64,000 bases of DNA from Octopus vulgaris (taxonomy: Eukaryota): contig OX597819.1 of NCBI GenBank assembly GCA_951406725.2, positions 114,018,001 through 114,082,000 of the forward strand, read 5' to 3'. The position numbers and the translations under genes were made by a program. The notes beneath the pieces are model-generated. The model did not search any database. It was not told the DNA's origin and saw only the letters and a list, made by a program, of their open reading frames with translations. Shown here piece by piece: positions 63,875 through 64,000 of the stretch (the first letter of the stretch is position 1; the number at the start of each line of letters is the position of its first letter).

Positions 63875-64000
63875 TGTAGTGAGTGCGCGATTTGAATATA
63901 GAGGCACCTACCTTCTCTTCGTAGTGACGGAGACCCTCCAGAGATGACTAGTCCTTCCTCACAGCCCCGACCCGAACACTGACGATAGCAGCTGCTAGCC
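63875..64000 (-). repeat. 5' LTR (partial)
   Basis: Identical to 59970-60095. Confidence 0.95.

Larger units (their letters stand above)
59970..64000 (-). mobile_element. LTR retrotransposon (gag-PR-RT-RH-IN order), truncated by the window end
   Basis: Two LTR copies, PPT, PBS, gag with zinc knuckles, DTG protease, YIDD RT, RNase H, HHCC plus DDE integrase. Confidence 0.97.

Overview
AT-rich, repeat-saturated animal genomic DNA. The SINE, MITE and microsatellite repertoire resembles Octopus/coleoid cephalopod DNA (inference). No complete host gene is recognisable, and nearly all listed ORFs are artefacts of repeats. The window holds four abundant retroposed families (labelled A-D here), MITEs (hAT, piggyBac, pogo, Harbinger, Ginger-like, Helitron), decayed LINEs (CR1/L2, RTE, Tx1, RLE-type), a Tigger transposase relic, three hammerhead-ribozyme motifs and several long palindromes. 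There is an apparent switch from CpG-depleted (~3.3-39.5 kb) to CpG-intact (~39.5-64 kb) sequence. The right end carries a GC-rich minus-strand LTR retrotransposon (59970 to beyond 64000; gag-PR-RT-RH-IN) whose LTRs are identical where comparable and which has a slippery heptamer plus pseudoknot for -1 frameshifting. The top finding is its primer-binding site: it lacks TGG and is exactly complementary to the first 12 nt (5' end) of tRNA-Phe, implying priming by a 5' tRNA fragment. Coordinates of decayed relics are approximate.
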